The translations under genes were made by a program, and so were the position numbers. From Veleropilina oligotropha (lineage: Eukaryota): a DNA stretch of 64,000 nt. The notes under the pieces are model-generated. The model had not been told where the DNA came from. It did not search any database and worked only from the letters and a program-made list of their open reading frames with translations. The stretch spans positions 310,001 through 374,000 of the forward strand of contig JBEUKZ010000060.1 in NCBI GenBank assembly GCA_048128005.1. The letters are read 5' to 3'. The number at the start of each line of letters is the position of its first letter. The first letter of the stretch is position 1. This document shows, piece after piece, positions 12,286 through 23,896 of this stretch.

Positions 12286-13490
12286 ATGTATTTTCATAAT
12301 TATATTGGCTCAACTTTGACCTTTCCGTGTCCTGGCCCAAGTTTGATTCGGTCGGTAAAATCCGCTATGCTCCGAATCATTGTCAAGACGACAATCGACC
12401 GAATATGAAATGTAGCACGATGACGTCACATTTACGCAAACGATTCTCCGAGATTTGGACATTAAAAAAGAGAAGCGGTATTCGTTGTTTATGATAGGCA
12501 CTATGCACATGTCATGTGCATATTTTTTATGTGCAAGCGCTTCGCTTGACACTTTTGGTAAATAAATACAATATAAAATATGATATTTCCCATAACCGAC
12601 CATAATATTACCCATAACCGAATTTGAAGTTTAAAATCGGCCTTTGTCCCTTAATTACGTTGTTTGGCATATCTCGATGGTGCGAGATTTTGGTACTCCA
12701 ATAATAAAATATGGGTGACTCGGACGTGCGCAGTGGTAAATTTGTTGTTTATGATAGGTGCTATGCGCATGTAATGTGCATGTTTACACTCTTGATAAAT
12801 AAATAAAATATTAAATATGATATTACCCATAACCGAACAATGTAATATTTTCGCCAAATTAATCCCAGAATGCCTGTTTCCTGTTTAGATGGTAGGCCAC
12901 TACGATTTTGTTGAGAATTCATTATTTTGTACACACGTGTTAGCTAGTCTATAACAGCTAGCACTTCGTGCTCGTAATAAATAATTAGAACCTTATAAAA
13001 TCCATATTGTAAATTTTTAGGTGGGAACAACCTCCATCTGTAACGCTGACCGTCTAACTGTCCATCAGTTCTAGATCAAAATTAAGTGTTGTGTACCCAC
13101 CTGTGTTGTAATTTTTAATGTATTTTATATTTTTAATGTATTGTAGTAATTATATTTGTGAAAGTCGCCTAGGTTTAACCAGTGAGCAATGGATATTCAT
13201 GGATCATATTGTCATTGTCATCACTGCCATGCTATTCAAGAAAATATCTTTTCCACACTGTCAGGCTAGTGGATTTATACTCCTATAAGTTATAGACAGG
13301 GTTGACGTGACTTCCCAACCCGTACTCATATATCCGAATCGACTTTTATCATGTCTAGCAGATTCCTGACGGATTTCATCGGGAAAGGTTTTCGCTAAAA
13401 ATACTTTAAACCATGTCTGAAACCGGCTTGGTGAATTAGACTAAACCAAGGGATCGGATTTAGATGTTAACACAGGAATTCCAACTATAA

Positions 13491-13820
13491 TTAGTTGAGC
13501 CGTTTTCGGAGGAACTATTGTATTGAGGCTGTCCGTGTGTCTGTCTGTGTGGTGGTGTATGTTCGTGATGACTTTACATGGCATAGCATGGTCATTTCAA
13601 AATATATATAGCCACGAAACTTCATATATATATATGATATATGAGTGGATATCTAACTACTGATTGGATTTTGAGGTCAAAGGTCAAGGTCACCAAAGTC
13701 AAATAAGTGTAAAATACATAAACAGACATATCTCTGGACTCGGTCAACCTAGAAAGATAAAAATAAGTTTATTGAGAGGGCACTGCGGCTCAACTATGCT
13801 TCCTCTCGAATGCGCTTGTT
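13491..13820 (+). mobile_element. Helentron-associated (DINE-1/HINE-like) non-autonomous element
   Basis: Subterminal IR AGTTGAGCCG/CGGCTCAACT, short TCTG microsatellite, GGTCAAAGGTCAAGGTCA core, CTTGTT end. Confidence 0.6.
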
Positions 13821-16800
13821 AAATATTGTTTTTTAACTGTTTAAAAATTCTTAATATTTTCTCCATGGTAAGATGTGGGCCCATGGATTTAGAATCTGTG
13901 CATTAATTGATAAGGACTGGTATTATGATATTATGTTTGCAATGCGATACTCCAGCAATATATTAGACTGGCTCTATTGATTGCATCAAATTACCTGCAC
14001 TTTACTGATGTTACGGCTGGGTGATTAATGCAGGATGCTATATAGTGACCTGTTTTAGCAACCCGGAGGTGTGACGAGAGCCAAACGTGGCCTATAAGTG
14101 ATGGCCTAATAAGTGAAGAGAGATTATGCTGATAACATTGTTTTGTAGCCTACCAGGTAAGATTTATATCTTGTTTAAAAGTTGTTGCGCAACTATTTAA
14201 ATAGTAAGTACAGTGATTGTAGTAGTCTAGGTGCAAAAAAGTCACGACACTGTATTTATTTTGCATTTAGTCGCGTTGTAATCAGTTCATACATTAAAAA
14301 TAATAATACAGTAATATATACATGCACTTCATAGAATTTCAATTCATCCAATGGTCTTTATCGATTGTTGAGCAGATCTTTCATTGAAACATGCAGACGT
14401 TTCATCAAATATGACGTTGACAGTATTGTAAAATAGTAAATAAATGATATTATTATATACTTGATAAATAAACGCACGTGCGACTCGAGCTGATTTCAGA
14501 TGCAGACGTCCACAATTGTTGACACATTTGAAACGATGGTTCGTTTTACTTCATTTTCTGATGATTAAACACATTGACATACTGCGATATATTGTTTATT
14601 TTTACGTTAATATGCAGTTCATTACTATTTTATTGTTAAATAATTGCCAATTGTTTTGGAAAATAGCATTTTGAACTTTTCGAACTATATTTATTGTGGT
14701 ATATTTCTTGTTGACATAATGGAACTTTTAATTTACAATAAGAGAACATATATATATGTTTGTGGTTCGAGTATATAATAAAACAGTTAAGGACTTTTGC
14801 GGTGGTAAATATGATGTGATATGAACCTAAAACATGTATATATTGACCTTGGCTACAGCCTTGGTATAATGTTACATTTGAACTTTTCACAATGGCAAAT
14901 CAAGTTAACTTCAATAGAGCCTAACTTGATGAAATTGCCTTCGACGAAACGTCCGGCACTCCAATTTAAAGAGGGGACTGATAATTTTTTACTTTCGTAG
15001 GAGCTCAAGGGACCGCATCTAAATCTTTGCAAAGTTTCTAAATTTGGCTAACTGGCAAAAATATGATTGCGGTCTAGGGTTTAAAATTAAAAGCATTTTT
15101 TCAATATATAAGCCTAATTCATACTGCATCGGTCAACAAGTCTCGACAGGTCAAGACGCCGACGAGACATCTAGTTGCTGCTGTGTGTACTCGCCGCCGC
15201 CGAATTTCACCCTTGTCGGCCGACGAATGATCGCGTCATTTGTCTTCGGGGAAAGATGCAGCATGTTGAATATTGGCGACGAGACGTCTCGTCACGTCTA
15301 TCCAAAAAGTTCTGTGTGTGATAGCCACCGACGCGACGGATAGTCTGCAATAGGTTTTAACCAATCCGGTGCCGTCATGTGGTCACATGACTAGCACATG
15401 GTTACTCAGACAAAATGTCAGACAACGCGGTCTCTGAGAATGGCATGTACATTACCTCGCGTCTTCCGATGCCAAAAGAGTTAAGCTAGAATTGCACGGT
15501 GATACTGAAAAGCGCCCGGGGACGCCCCAGGGTAAAAATATTACCATTATGGGTATGTATATGATTATTCTACACAATAAAATTACATTTTCGTTATTAA
15601 CAATAACTTTATGATGATGATGATGTTTATTTTCTTTTCATATGTAGTTACAATAATATAATATTAATATTAAATAATATTTGAACGCCATACTTTGGAA
15701 GGATGTCTCCAGAGTCAATAATCACTGTTCCATACGGCGAAGACACCCCTATATATTGACAGTATTAAAGTTAATTTGACAATAATAACAATAAGTGCTA
15801 TAATAATAAACCCTAAGCAAATACACAAATAAAATACAAATGATACTACATTGAGCGTGATATTTAAAGATGCTGAATCTACATTCGTATGATATTTCAT
15901 ATAAAAGAAAACTATAACTACGATATGGTATCCATACATGACATGTTTTTAGGACGAATGAAAAGTTAAAATGCAACAAAAGGTGTTGCTAGCATTTAAT
16001 ATTCGCTTCAGCCGACGTGGTATTTTATTCAAGCGCGTCAATCTCCGAACCAATCTTATCTCATTTATCGTTATTGGGTCAAACGTCACGTGGTCCCGTC
16101 GATATGATTGACGTGCAGAGCAAGGTAATGGCGTTGCATCTAGGTCAGTGTTTATTTGCGGTTCGCTGAAATTGATGTATTGCATTGAAAGATATAGCTA
16201 GTTTTTCATAATTGTAGTATATGGCAGCAATACTAACATAATAACCATATTTATTTCACCAACAAATTAGGCCTATTGCGCATCTCGACATTGTAATGAT
16301 GGGCATTCACTGTTTGTTTACAAGTTGAAGTAGCCGCATCCAATTTTCATTGATCGCGTTATTTATTATTTCTAGTTTTTCGCATACATCAATTTTATAA
16401 TCGTCTTAAATTCAAAGGTTGGTGATAATTGCATTATTCTTTCATAGATAAATACTTTGTTTATAACAGTCGATAACGGCGGCCTGCCTCTCTTTCTTTT
16501 GTCGACATCCGCCATAGAAACCGATATAAACAAAACTCGGACAAGGACGACCTTGACATGACCCGGTATATATAGATCGCGGGAGTGATTTATGGCGGAG
16601 CTAAGATTCCGCCAAGCCGTCGTTCATTTCCGTATAAATCTCACGTACAATCGGCTCGAATTATGAGATCGATCTCATAATTCAATAAAAAAAGTTCAAA
16701 TATTTATTACTTTAAGTGAAAAAAAAATTTGCCGTGTGTGGTAATCTCTGAAAGGTCCTAACTATATGCAATAAATCAATGCAGAAAGTGTGTAAGAGAA

Positions 16801-17798
16801 CAGCATTTAAATACGTATTAACTACAAATATACTTACGTCCTTACTAATGCCATAATGGCCCCATTATCGCTAAACCGGAAGTTGAAAAAATTTTCAATT
16901 TTTGCACCTCTTATTAAAAACTTACCTCCCCTTCCTACCACCTCTCCAGGTTCCCAATAGAATACGCATCAGAAGACCCCAATAGAATGCGTATATCAAC
17001 TCATTCAAGTGTCTCCGCTCAAACCGACAACACCTATATAAGATGTAGCAATGTTAGAGTGAAAATCTTGCAAAAATTCTTCGATCTCCTGTTGGATTCT
17101 GGAATTATTTCGGAAGATTAGTACTTAATGTGACTGATGGAGTGATTAGAAGCTGGATCGCCTGTCCAATTTAATATTGGAATAGACTTTTGTGTGGTGA
17201 AAGACAGTGATTTGAAGACAGTTTTCCCGCCAAGCAGCCATCTTTAATCGAGAAATCGACACCAAGCATGGACGCCTAGAGAGAACGAATTTCATAGGAA
17301 ACTCTTTCATTACTGTTCTTATTGTATACTGTGCATTAATTAACTAAATATTGTTTAATTACTGTATTTACGGTATATTAATTATATTAATAATACCCTA
17401 GAGGCTAATTCTTGCTTAGGTTAATTAACCACTTGGGTCTCTAGAAGGCAGATTTTTGGAAATTTACAAAATTAGGTTCTATCTGCCAAACCTGGGATAA
17501 CTCGCTCACCCTCCTAACAACCCGTCCGGTTACTTTGCTAGAAGGTTCCACTACCTTCTTTTAGAACACAAAGTTCCTGTTGTTTTTTCTCGCCAACCTT
17601 ACCTAAGCGAGTCCCGCTTAGTTAGGGTTGTAGTCGCGCATTTTCCAGTCGGAACGGTTTATTTGTTTTTCTAGCCTCACTCAGCTTCGAGTGAGGTACA
17701 CTTTCGGGGGTTGAACCGCCGTTAGTGTAGGAGTTACCTGACAAATTCTTCCAGGAAAATTTTTTTTATTCCCGTTCCCACCTTCCGTGTAGTCAACT

Positions 17799-20027
17799 AT
17801 GGGTAGATGTGCCGACCCCGAGTGCACCCGGAAAATCCATAGCTTTGACAAGCATAAGTTCTGTGTGTATTGCCGACAGCGACAGAGATCCTGCCCTGAG
17901 GACTGCCCACATTGTAGGGTTCTTTCAGAGAGGCAATGGAACATACTTTACCCGGCGCCGAAGAAGACTGATGTTCCGAAACCGGAAAAGGAGGTAAGTG
18001 TGCTAATTGCAAAACCTTCTTCTTCTTCTTCAGAGGGACCTACCGCAGCTGTGCAGCTTGCAGCCGGCGCCGTATCCTTGGTTTCCACCGCGACCCTGGG
18101 GGCGGGCGTCGCCGGAACCCAAGAGGTTACGCAGGTTCAGGTAAATGCCTGAGTGCATGTCCCTCCTCCTCCTATCAGCGGCTCACCGAGTGCCGACCAA
18201 CTTGTCTCGTTGGCCCACGAGACAGACCGGCCGGACCACCGACCTGCTGGGGGTGGTCTTTCCTCTTCCTCTTCACCAGCCCTGGTGGAGCAGAGGATCG
18301 ATCATCCTTCTCCCAGAAACCTTGGTACCCCCAGCTGCCCTGCGCAGTATGGCTTACCGAGGCAGACGGAAGAGAAAGAGGACTTGATTGCCGTGCCCGA
18401 TCATCGCGATCGCGTTGCCGGACACTCCTCGAAGCCCGTTCCGACGTCCCATGATGAGGTGACCCGAGAGGGTTTCATTCTCGACATGGGGGCTCACGTC
18501 GACAACGGAGGACCCTCCCATGCTCGCAGCTGGCCTAGCCACTCGACCATCGGGGGGGACGGTTTGAATGCGCCGACCCGGTCCTACAGGGATTTCCCTG
18601 ACCAGGTTGGCCCAGCGGTGTACCCGTACGGTCAGTGGCCACTGACCGACGGGGCTTCTGCATGCCATACAGTGCCTTCGGGCCAGTTATTCCATGCGGG
18701 CCGTTACGGGGAGCTTCAGGGACCTCGGTTCCCGAACCCCCGGCAAGCATTCCACCAAAACGTCACGGTGACTTCGCCTGATCCAATGGCTGTTGGATCA
18801 CTGCCCGTCATGCCTCCCGGGTTCTCTCTTGAGACCATGCGAGCATTGATCGCGGCAGAGTGCGAGGCCCAGCGTAGGTCTTGGGAGACGGCTGCTGTGC
18901 AGACCCCCCAACGACCTACCACTCTGCCCGTGACGCAGAGCCGGGCTCTAGAAACTGAGATGGACGTCGACTCTCCTGGGGAGAGCTCCGACTCCAATCT
19001 CGTCGATCCTCCTGAATCGGTCGGCCCTGATGACTCCTCGAGTCACACAGGCACTCTAGAGCCCATCTCCACCGCCCACAGACAACGTGAAGCTGTGCGA
19101 TCGTTGCGTGGGGTGCTTGGTATGCCGGAATATGATGATTCCGTAACACAAACCAAGCACAGGACGGCGGCACACCGCTTTGTTGAGACTGAAGCGCCCC
19201 AGCTCTCAGTTCTCCCCCAGTCTGGGCTGGTCGACCTTGTCTTGGACAAGGTGACCCGTACCATTCAGGGGTCTAAAGCAGTGGGGTCCACCTCTCTGAC
19301 CGATTATCCCCTGGGATATCGTAAGGGCAGGTGCCTACGGACTTCCAGTAGATCGTCTCCGATCGCCTGTAGTAGTCCGTGCCTGGCGACTGACACGGCC
19401 AGGATCGATGCAGAGATGCGTCGCCTGACGTCCAGTTCGACCCCCTCGTCGGCGAAAATTCCATGGGCCGCCATGGAACATTTCGAGAGCTCTGCCCGAC
19501 GAGCTCTGCGGCAATCGTCTGTCCAAGACTCGTTCTTGGATGGGGCGATTGCCGTCCTACAGCAGGATGAGCCCGGTGCCAGAGAGGCCGCGCTTACATA
19601 CCTGCACGAGGTGGCCACCGCCATGGAGACTTGCGCGTTGGAGTCGGCCCATGTCCTGGGCAATGCTCTCCTTCTTCGGAGGGACGCATGCCTGGAAATG
19701 ACCACGTTGGACGAGACCACCCGGCGCTCGTTGCGATGTGTTCCAGTGTCGGCCTCGACCCTCTTCGGGGACAAGTTCGGGGAATTTGTCGCGAAGAGGG
19801 CTGCCGAGCTCAAGGACAGGGCCATCGAGAAGGCCGTTCTGGCACCTGCCCGGGTGCAGACGGCTGGACCGAGAGGGAAGCGCCCTGCTGCCCCCGCGAG
19901 GGGTGGCAAGCCTCCCAAGAGTGCAAAGAAACCGACAGGCAAGCCTCCGGCTAATAAGACCCGTCGGCCCACAGCACCTCCAACGAGATCCGGTCAGAGC
20001 CGGAGAGGGAAGCCGCCTCGGCCCTAG
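17799..20027 (+). pseudogene. DIRS-A gag-like ORF1 with an N-terminal Cys/His knuckle; one in-frame TGA at 18150-18152
   Basis: MGRCADPEC...DKHKFCVYC...CPEDCPHC and GNALLLRRDACL...TLFG. ORFs 17799-18152 and 18153-20027 are in one frame. DIRS-B has CGA at the stop position. Confidence 0.85.
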
Positions 20028-22090
20028 GGCTGCCGGCACTTGCGAAGGCCCCAGCTCAGCGCTCCCGCCGGTGGGAGCGTGTCTGTTAGCCTACAGCCCG
20101 TTGTGGCTGGAGCTAGCAGGCTTGAGTTGGGTTCACTCAGTCGTGAGTGCCGGATACAGACTCGCTTTTATCCGGCAACCAGCCCTAGCCGAGGCACCAC
20201 CAAGACAGGCTCGTCTTCTCGGCAGCGAGAAACAAGCTGTCTTAGACCAGGCAGTGCGGGATTTACTCCACAAGGGAGCCATCTATCCCGCGCCGCCCAG
20301 CACACCAGGATATTACAGCCTTTTCTTCCTGGTCCCGAAGGCAGACGGCCGCTGGAGACCGATCCTCGATCTCTCGTTCCTCAACCAGTATCTTCGTCCC
20401 GAGAAGTTCCAGCAAGAAACACTGGCGAAGATACGTGCGGCCATCCGTCCGGGCGACTGGGCAGCGTCTATCGATCTTACCGACGCGTATCTACACGTAC
20501 CGATGCATCCATCGACCCACAGATACCTTCGGTTCATACACGGGCAGACTACGTACCAATTCAGGTGCCTACCGTTCGGTCTATCGTCAGCCCCGTACGT
20601 CTTCACGCGGATAGTAAAGGCCCTCGGAGCCTTCCTACACTCGCATGGGCACAGATGTACCTCGACGACTGGTTGATTCTCGGGGCGTCCCGAGAGCAGT
20701 GCCACCAGTCCCTGAGCTTTACTCTGTCATCGACGAAGCGCCTGGGATTCCAGATCAACGAGACGAAATCCTGCTTCGTGCCCTCGACGACGTTCACGTT
20801 CCTCGGAGTCTACTTCGACACGGTCCTCTTTACCGCGAAGCCTACAGAGAAACGCACTGGGAACCTACGAGCCGTGATTCAGGAGACTGCATCCCACGAA
20901 GTAACCACGGCACGTCAACTGGCCACTGTCCTAGGGCACATCGAGTCGGTAGCTCCCTTGCTACCGAGGGGCCGCATGGACAAGCGGCCCGTACAACAGG
21001 CCCTCAAGGAACGATGGGTGCAACGTACGGGACAGTGGTCGGATCGCATCGATCTACGGCATTGGTTCGACGCCACGACAGCAGTGTGGTTGGACCCCAC
21101 TATGCCGAGCCAGTCGGTTCCTATCTCCCTGCCAGAACCGAATGCCTACCTGTTTACAGACGCTTCGAACGAAGGCTGAGGGGGTCACCTCGACAGTCAC
21201 GAGACGTCAGGCCTATGGCCGGAGGAACTACGTGGACGACACATCAACCTGTTAGAGTTGGAAGCGGTCTTCCTGTCAGTTCAATCTTTCTCGGAACTCC
21301 TTCACAGCAAACACATTATGCTGGCTACGGACAACACGACTGTCGTTGCTTACGTTCAACACCAGGGCGGGACCCGCTCGCGTCCCCTATGCGACCGAGC
21401 TATCGACCTACACCGCCTAGTGATGTCCCTCGACTCGACGATACGAGCAAGACACATCCCGGGAGTACTGAACGTCCGAGCGGACTCGCTCTCTCGGAAA
21501 TCACAGATTATACACACAGAGTGGACGCTACACAGCCGAGTAGCCCGGGAGGTCTGTCGCCGGTGGTCACAGCCCCAAGTCGATCTATTTGCAACAGAGT
21601 TCAATAACCGACTCCCTCTGTACGTATCCCCCTACCCGGACCCGGCAGCCCTGTCAGTCGACGCGCTGTCCATGTCATGGGAGAATCTGATCGCGTATGC
21701 CTTTCCCCCGACGTGTATTCTACACCTAGTGTTACGGAAAGTATCGCGGGAACGTTGCGAACTGACGCTGATAGCGCCCCTACACCGATCGCAACCTTGG
21801 TTTCCGACACTTCTCGATCTGATCATCGACACACCGCTAGCGCTACCGCAGAGACCAGACCTGTTAATGCAACCGCGCACACGTGTACTCCACCAGTCGC
21901 CGAGCGACTTCAGACTTCACGCCTGGCGATTATCGAACGATCCCTGCTTAAGAAAGGATTTTCTACAGCAATTGCCCGTCGCATCTATCGATCGGACGAC
22001 AATCCACGACACGTGTCTACGACTATAGATGGAACAAATACGTGGATTGGTGTAACGGCCGGGCGATCGATATACTCCGCCCGGCTATAA
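19738..22090 (+). pseudogene. DIRS-A pol: reverse transcriptase, RNase H and adenine-methyltransferase-like domain (disrupted)
   Basis: YYSLFFLVPK, RPILDLSFLN, SIDLTDAYLHVP, LPFGLSSAP, YLDD, FTDAS, HINLLELEA, TDNTTVVAY, HIPGVLNVRADSLSR, VDLFAT, YAFPP. 7-nt deletion near 20655, TGG>TGA at 21177-21179, 1-nt deletion near 21996. Confidence 0.93.
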
Positions 22091-23001
22091 ACGACTTCAT
22101 AGAGTTTTTATCCTCGCTGTTTAATCAAGGATTATCAACCATCACGGTCAAGGGCTATCGGGCCACTATAGCTACAACGCTACGGCAATGCCGCGCTCGA
22201 GTCAACCTGTCTACTGACCGTACTATATCGGATTATATCCGTTCCTATGATATCGAACGACCCTGCGCGCTGGTGCGGCCGCCAGCCTGGAATATAGTGT
22301 TAGTTCTTAACGCTCTGCTTCGACCGCCCTACGAACCCATGAGTAAAGCTTCCCTTAAAGATATTACTCACAAAACGGTGTTCCTTATCGCTTTGGCGTC
22401 GGGCCGGCGGTCATCGGAAATCCACAGCTTCTCTGCAGAGCTTAGGGACATCAGATTCCATACCGATGGGTCGGTTATTTTACGTTCCGTACTTGGCTTC
22501 ATCGCAAAGACTCAACGGCCCGGAGATGCACCGCATGATGTTGTTATTCCCAGTCTATCGATCGTCGATCGCTCCGACCGGGACCGCATGAATTGCCCCG
22601 TGCGCGCACTGCGCTATTACCTGGATCGCACTCGAGACATGAGGCTGGGAAAAAGACGTTTATTCATTTCCTATATGCCGACTTTTAAACGGGACGTTCA
22701 TAAAAGCACTGTGTCTCGCTGGATCGCTCAAACAGTAAAGACTGTTTACCTCCGTTCTCAGGTATTAGACCGCGACGTAGTTCGCATCACCGCGCACGAA
22801 GTCCGTGCGATATCGACATCCCTCGCTTTTCGTCATACTCTTAGCATGTCTGCTCTTCTTGAGGCAGGTTATTGGAGAAATGCCAATGTCTTTGTTAGGC
22901 ATTACCTGCGAGACTTCTCGACGGGTGCTGATGGACTCAGTAGCTTGCAATGCGTAGCTGCACAAACTTCTATTGTTCGTCCAAGGTCAACTAATCAGTG
23001 A
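21950..23001 (+). CDS. DIRS-A tyrosine recombinase (1-nt frameshift near 21996 separates it from its upstream frame)
   Basis: FLIALASGRRSSEIH, CPVRALRYYL, AHEVRA, GYWRN, FVRHYL give the R-H-R-Y catalytic set. Confidence 0.92.
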
Positions 23002-23806
23002 TGGTGAGTGAGACACATGTCTGCTTTTTCTTATCATTGAAATGCATTTACAAGTCGTTCTATCGAGTTATTTAGAACTCCTTGAGGTTATCCGATGTAA
23101 TTTTCTTATTTAATAAATTATTGATTTATTAATTTATTGGAATTAATTACCGTCAGGTCTGAGTTAATGACTTTGCCAGTTTCGGATATTACTTGTGTGT
23201 GCACAAAACTTAAAGGTTATTTGATTTTTTGTGTTTTAAATATGTTCATCGCTGTTATGAGCATACGGTGTCCTTTGAGGGACATTGGAAAAAATTTTAA
23301 TTCTAAAAATTATTTTAACTTTCTTTAAGTAACCTGATGGTTATTGTCAGGTTAGCCTTCGCGGGTTGGTCACGCGATTATGTATGTTGTCAATATGTTT
23401 ATTGATTTATACTTGCTGTATTTGATAATTATCCTGCATCATTTCAGGCTGTGTTTATCAAGGACTGTGCCCTTCTGGGTGCCGGCCCATGAGGCCCGGG
23501 TCTTCCATTTGGTCACTTCTACCCTAGATCTGAGAGTCCGGTGTATTACATACGTCCAGGTCAGGGGATGACTGCACTTCTTGCCATCTCGATCCACTAT
23601 CCCACTCGAGCGAGTTTATCCCAGGTTTACTGGTCAAACTGATTCGCGGTAAGAGTAGAAATAATACTCAGATCATTTCTCTCTGGGCGGATCATTTCGA
23701 GTCATCTCTACGAGGCTGATTCAGATGGCGTGAGTATTTATAATCTTGATTATGGGTTGGTTGTTGTGTTTACACTAGAACTTAGCCTGCCTATCCAAGG
23801 TTATTC

Positions 23807-23896
23807 TGGCATTAGTAAGGACGTAAGTATATTTGTAGTTAATAAGAGGATTAAGGGTAATCCTAGTATTAACAATAATATACTTACGTCCTTACT
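23807..23896. repeat. DIRS-A internal complementary region (ICR)
   Basis: First half is the reverse complement of the left terminus (TATTAACTACAAATATACTTACG...). Second half is the reverse complement of the right extension (...GGATTACCCTTAATCCTCT). Confidence 0.92.

Noticed and set aside
17994..18033. 40-nt mini-intron in DIRS-A gag
   Set aside because: Very short, branch-like site only about 8 nt from the donor, and removal would shift the frame.
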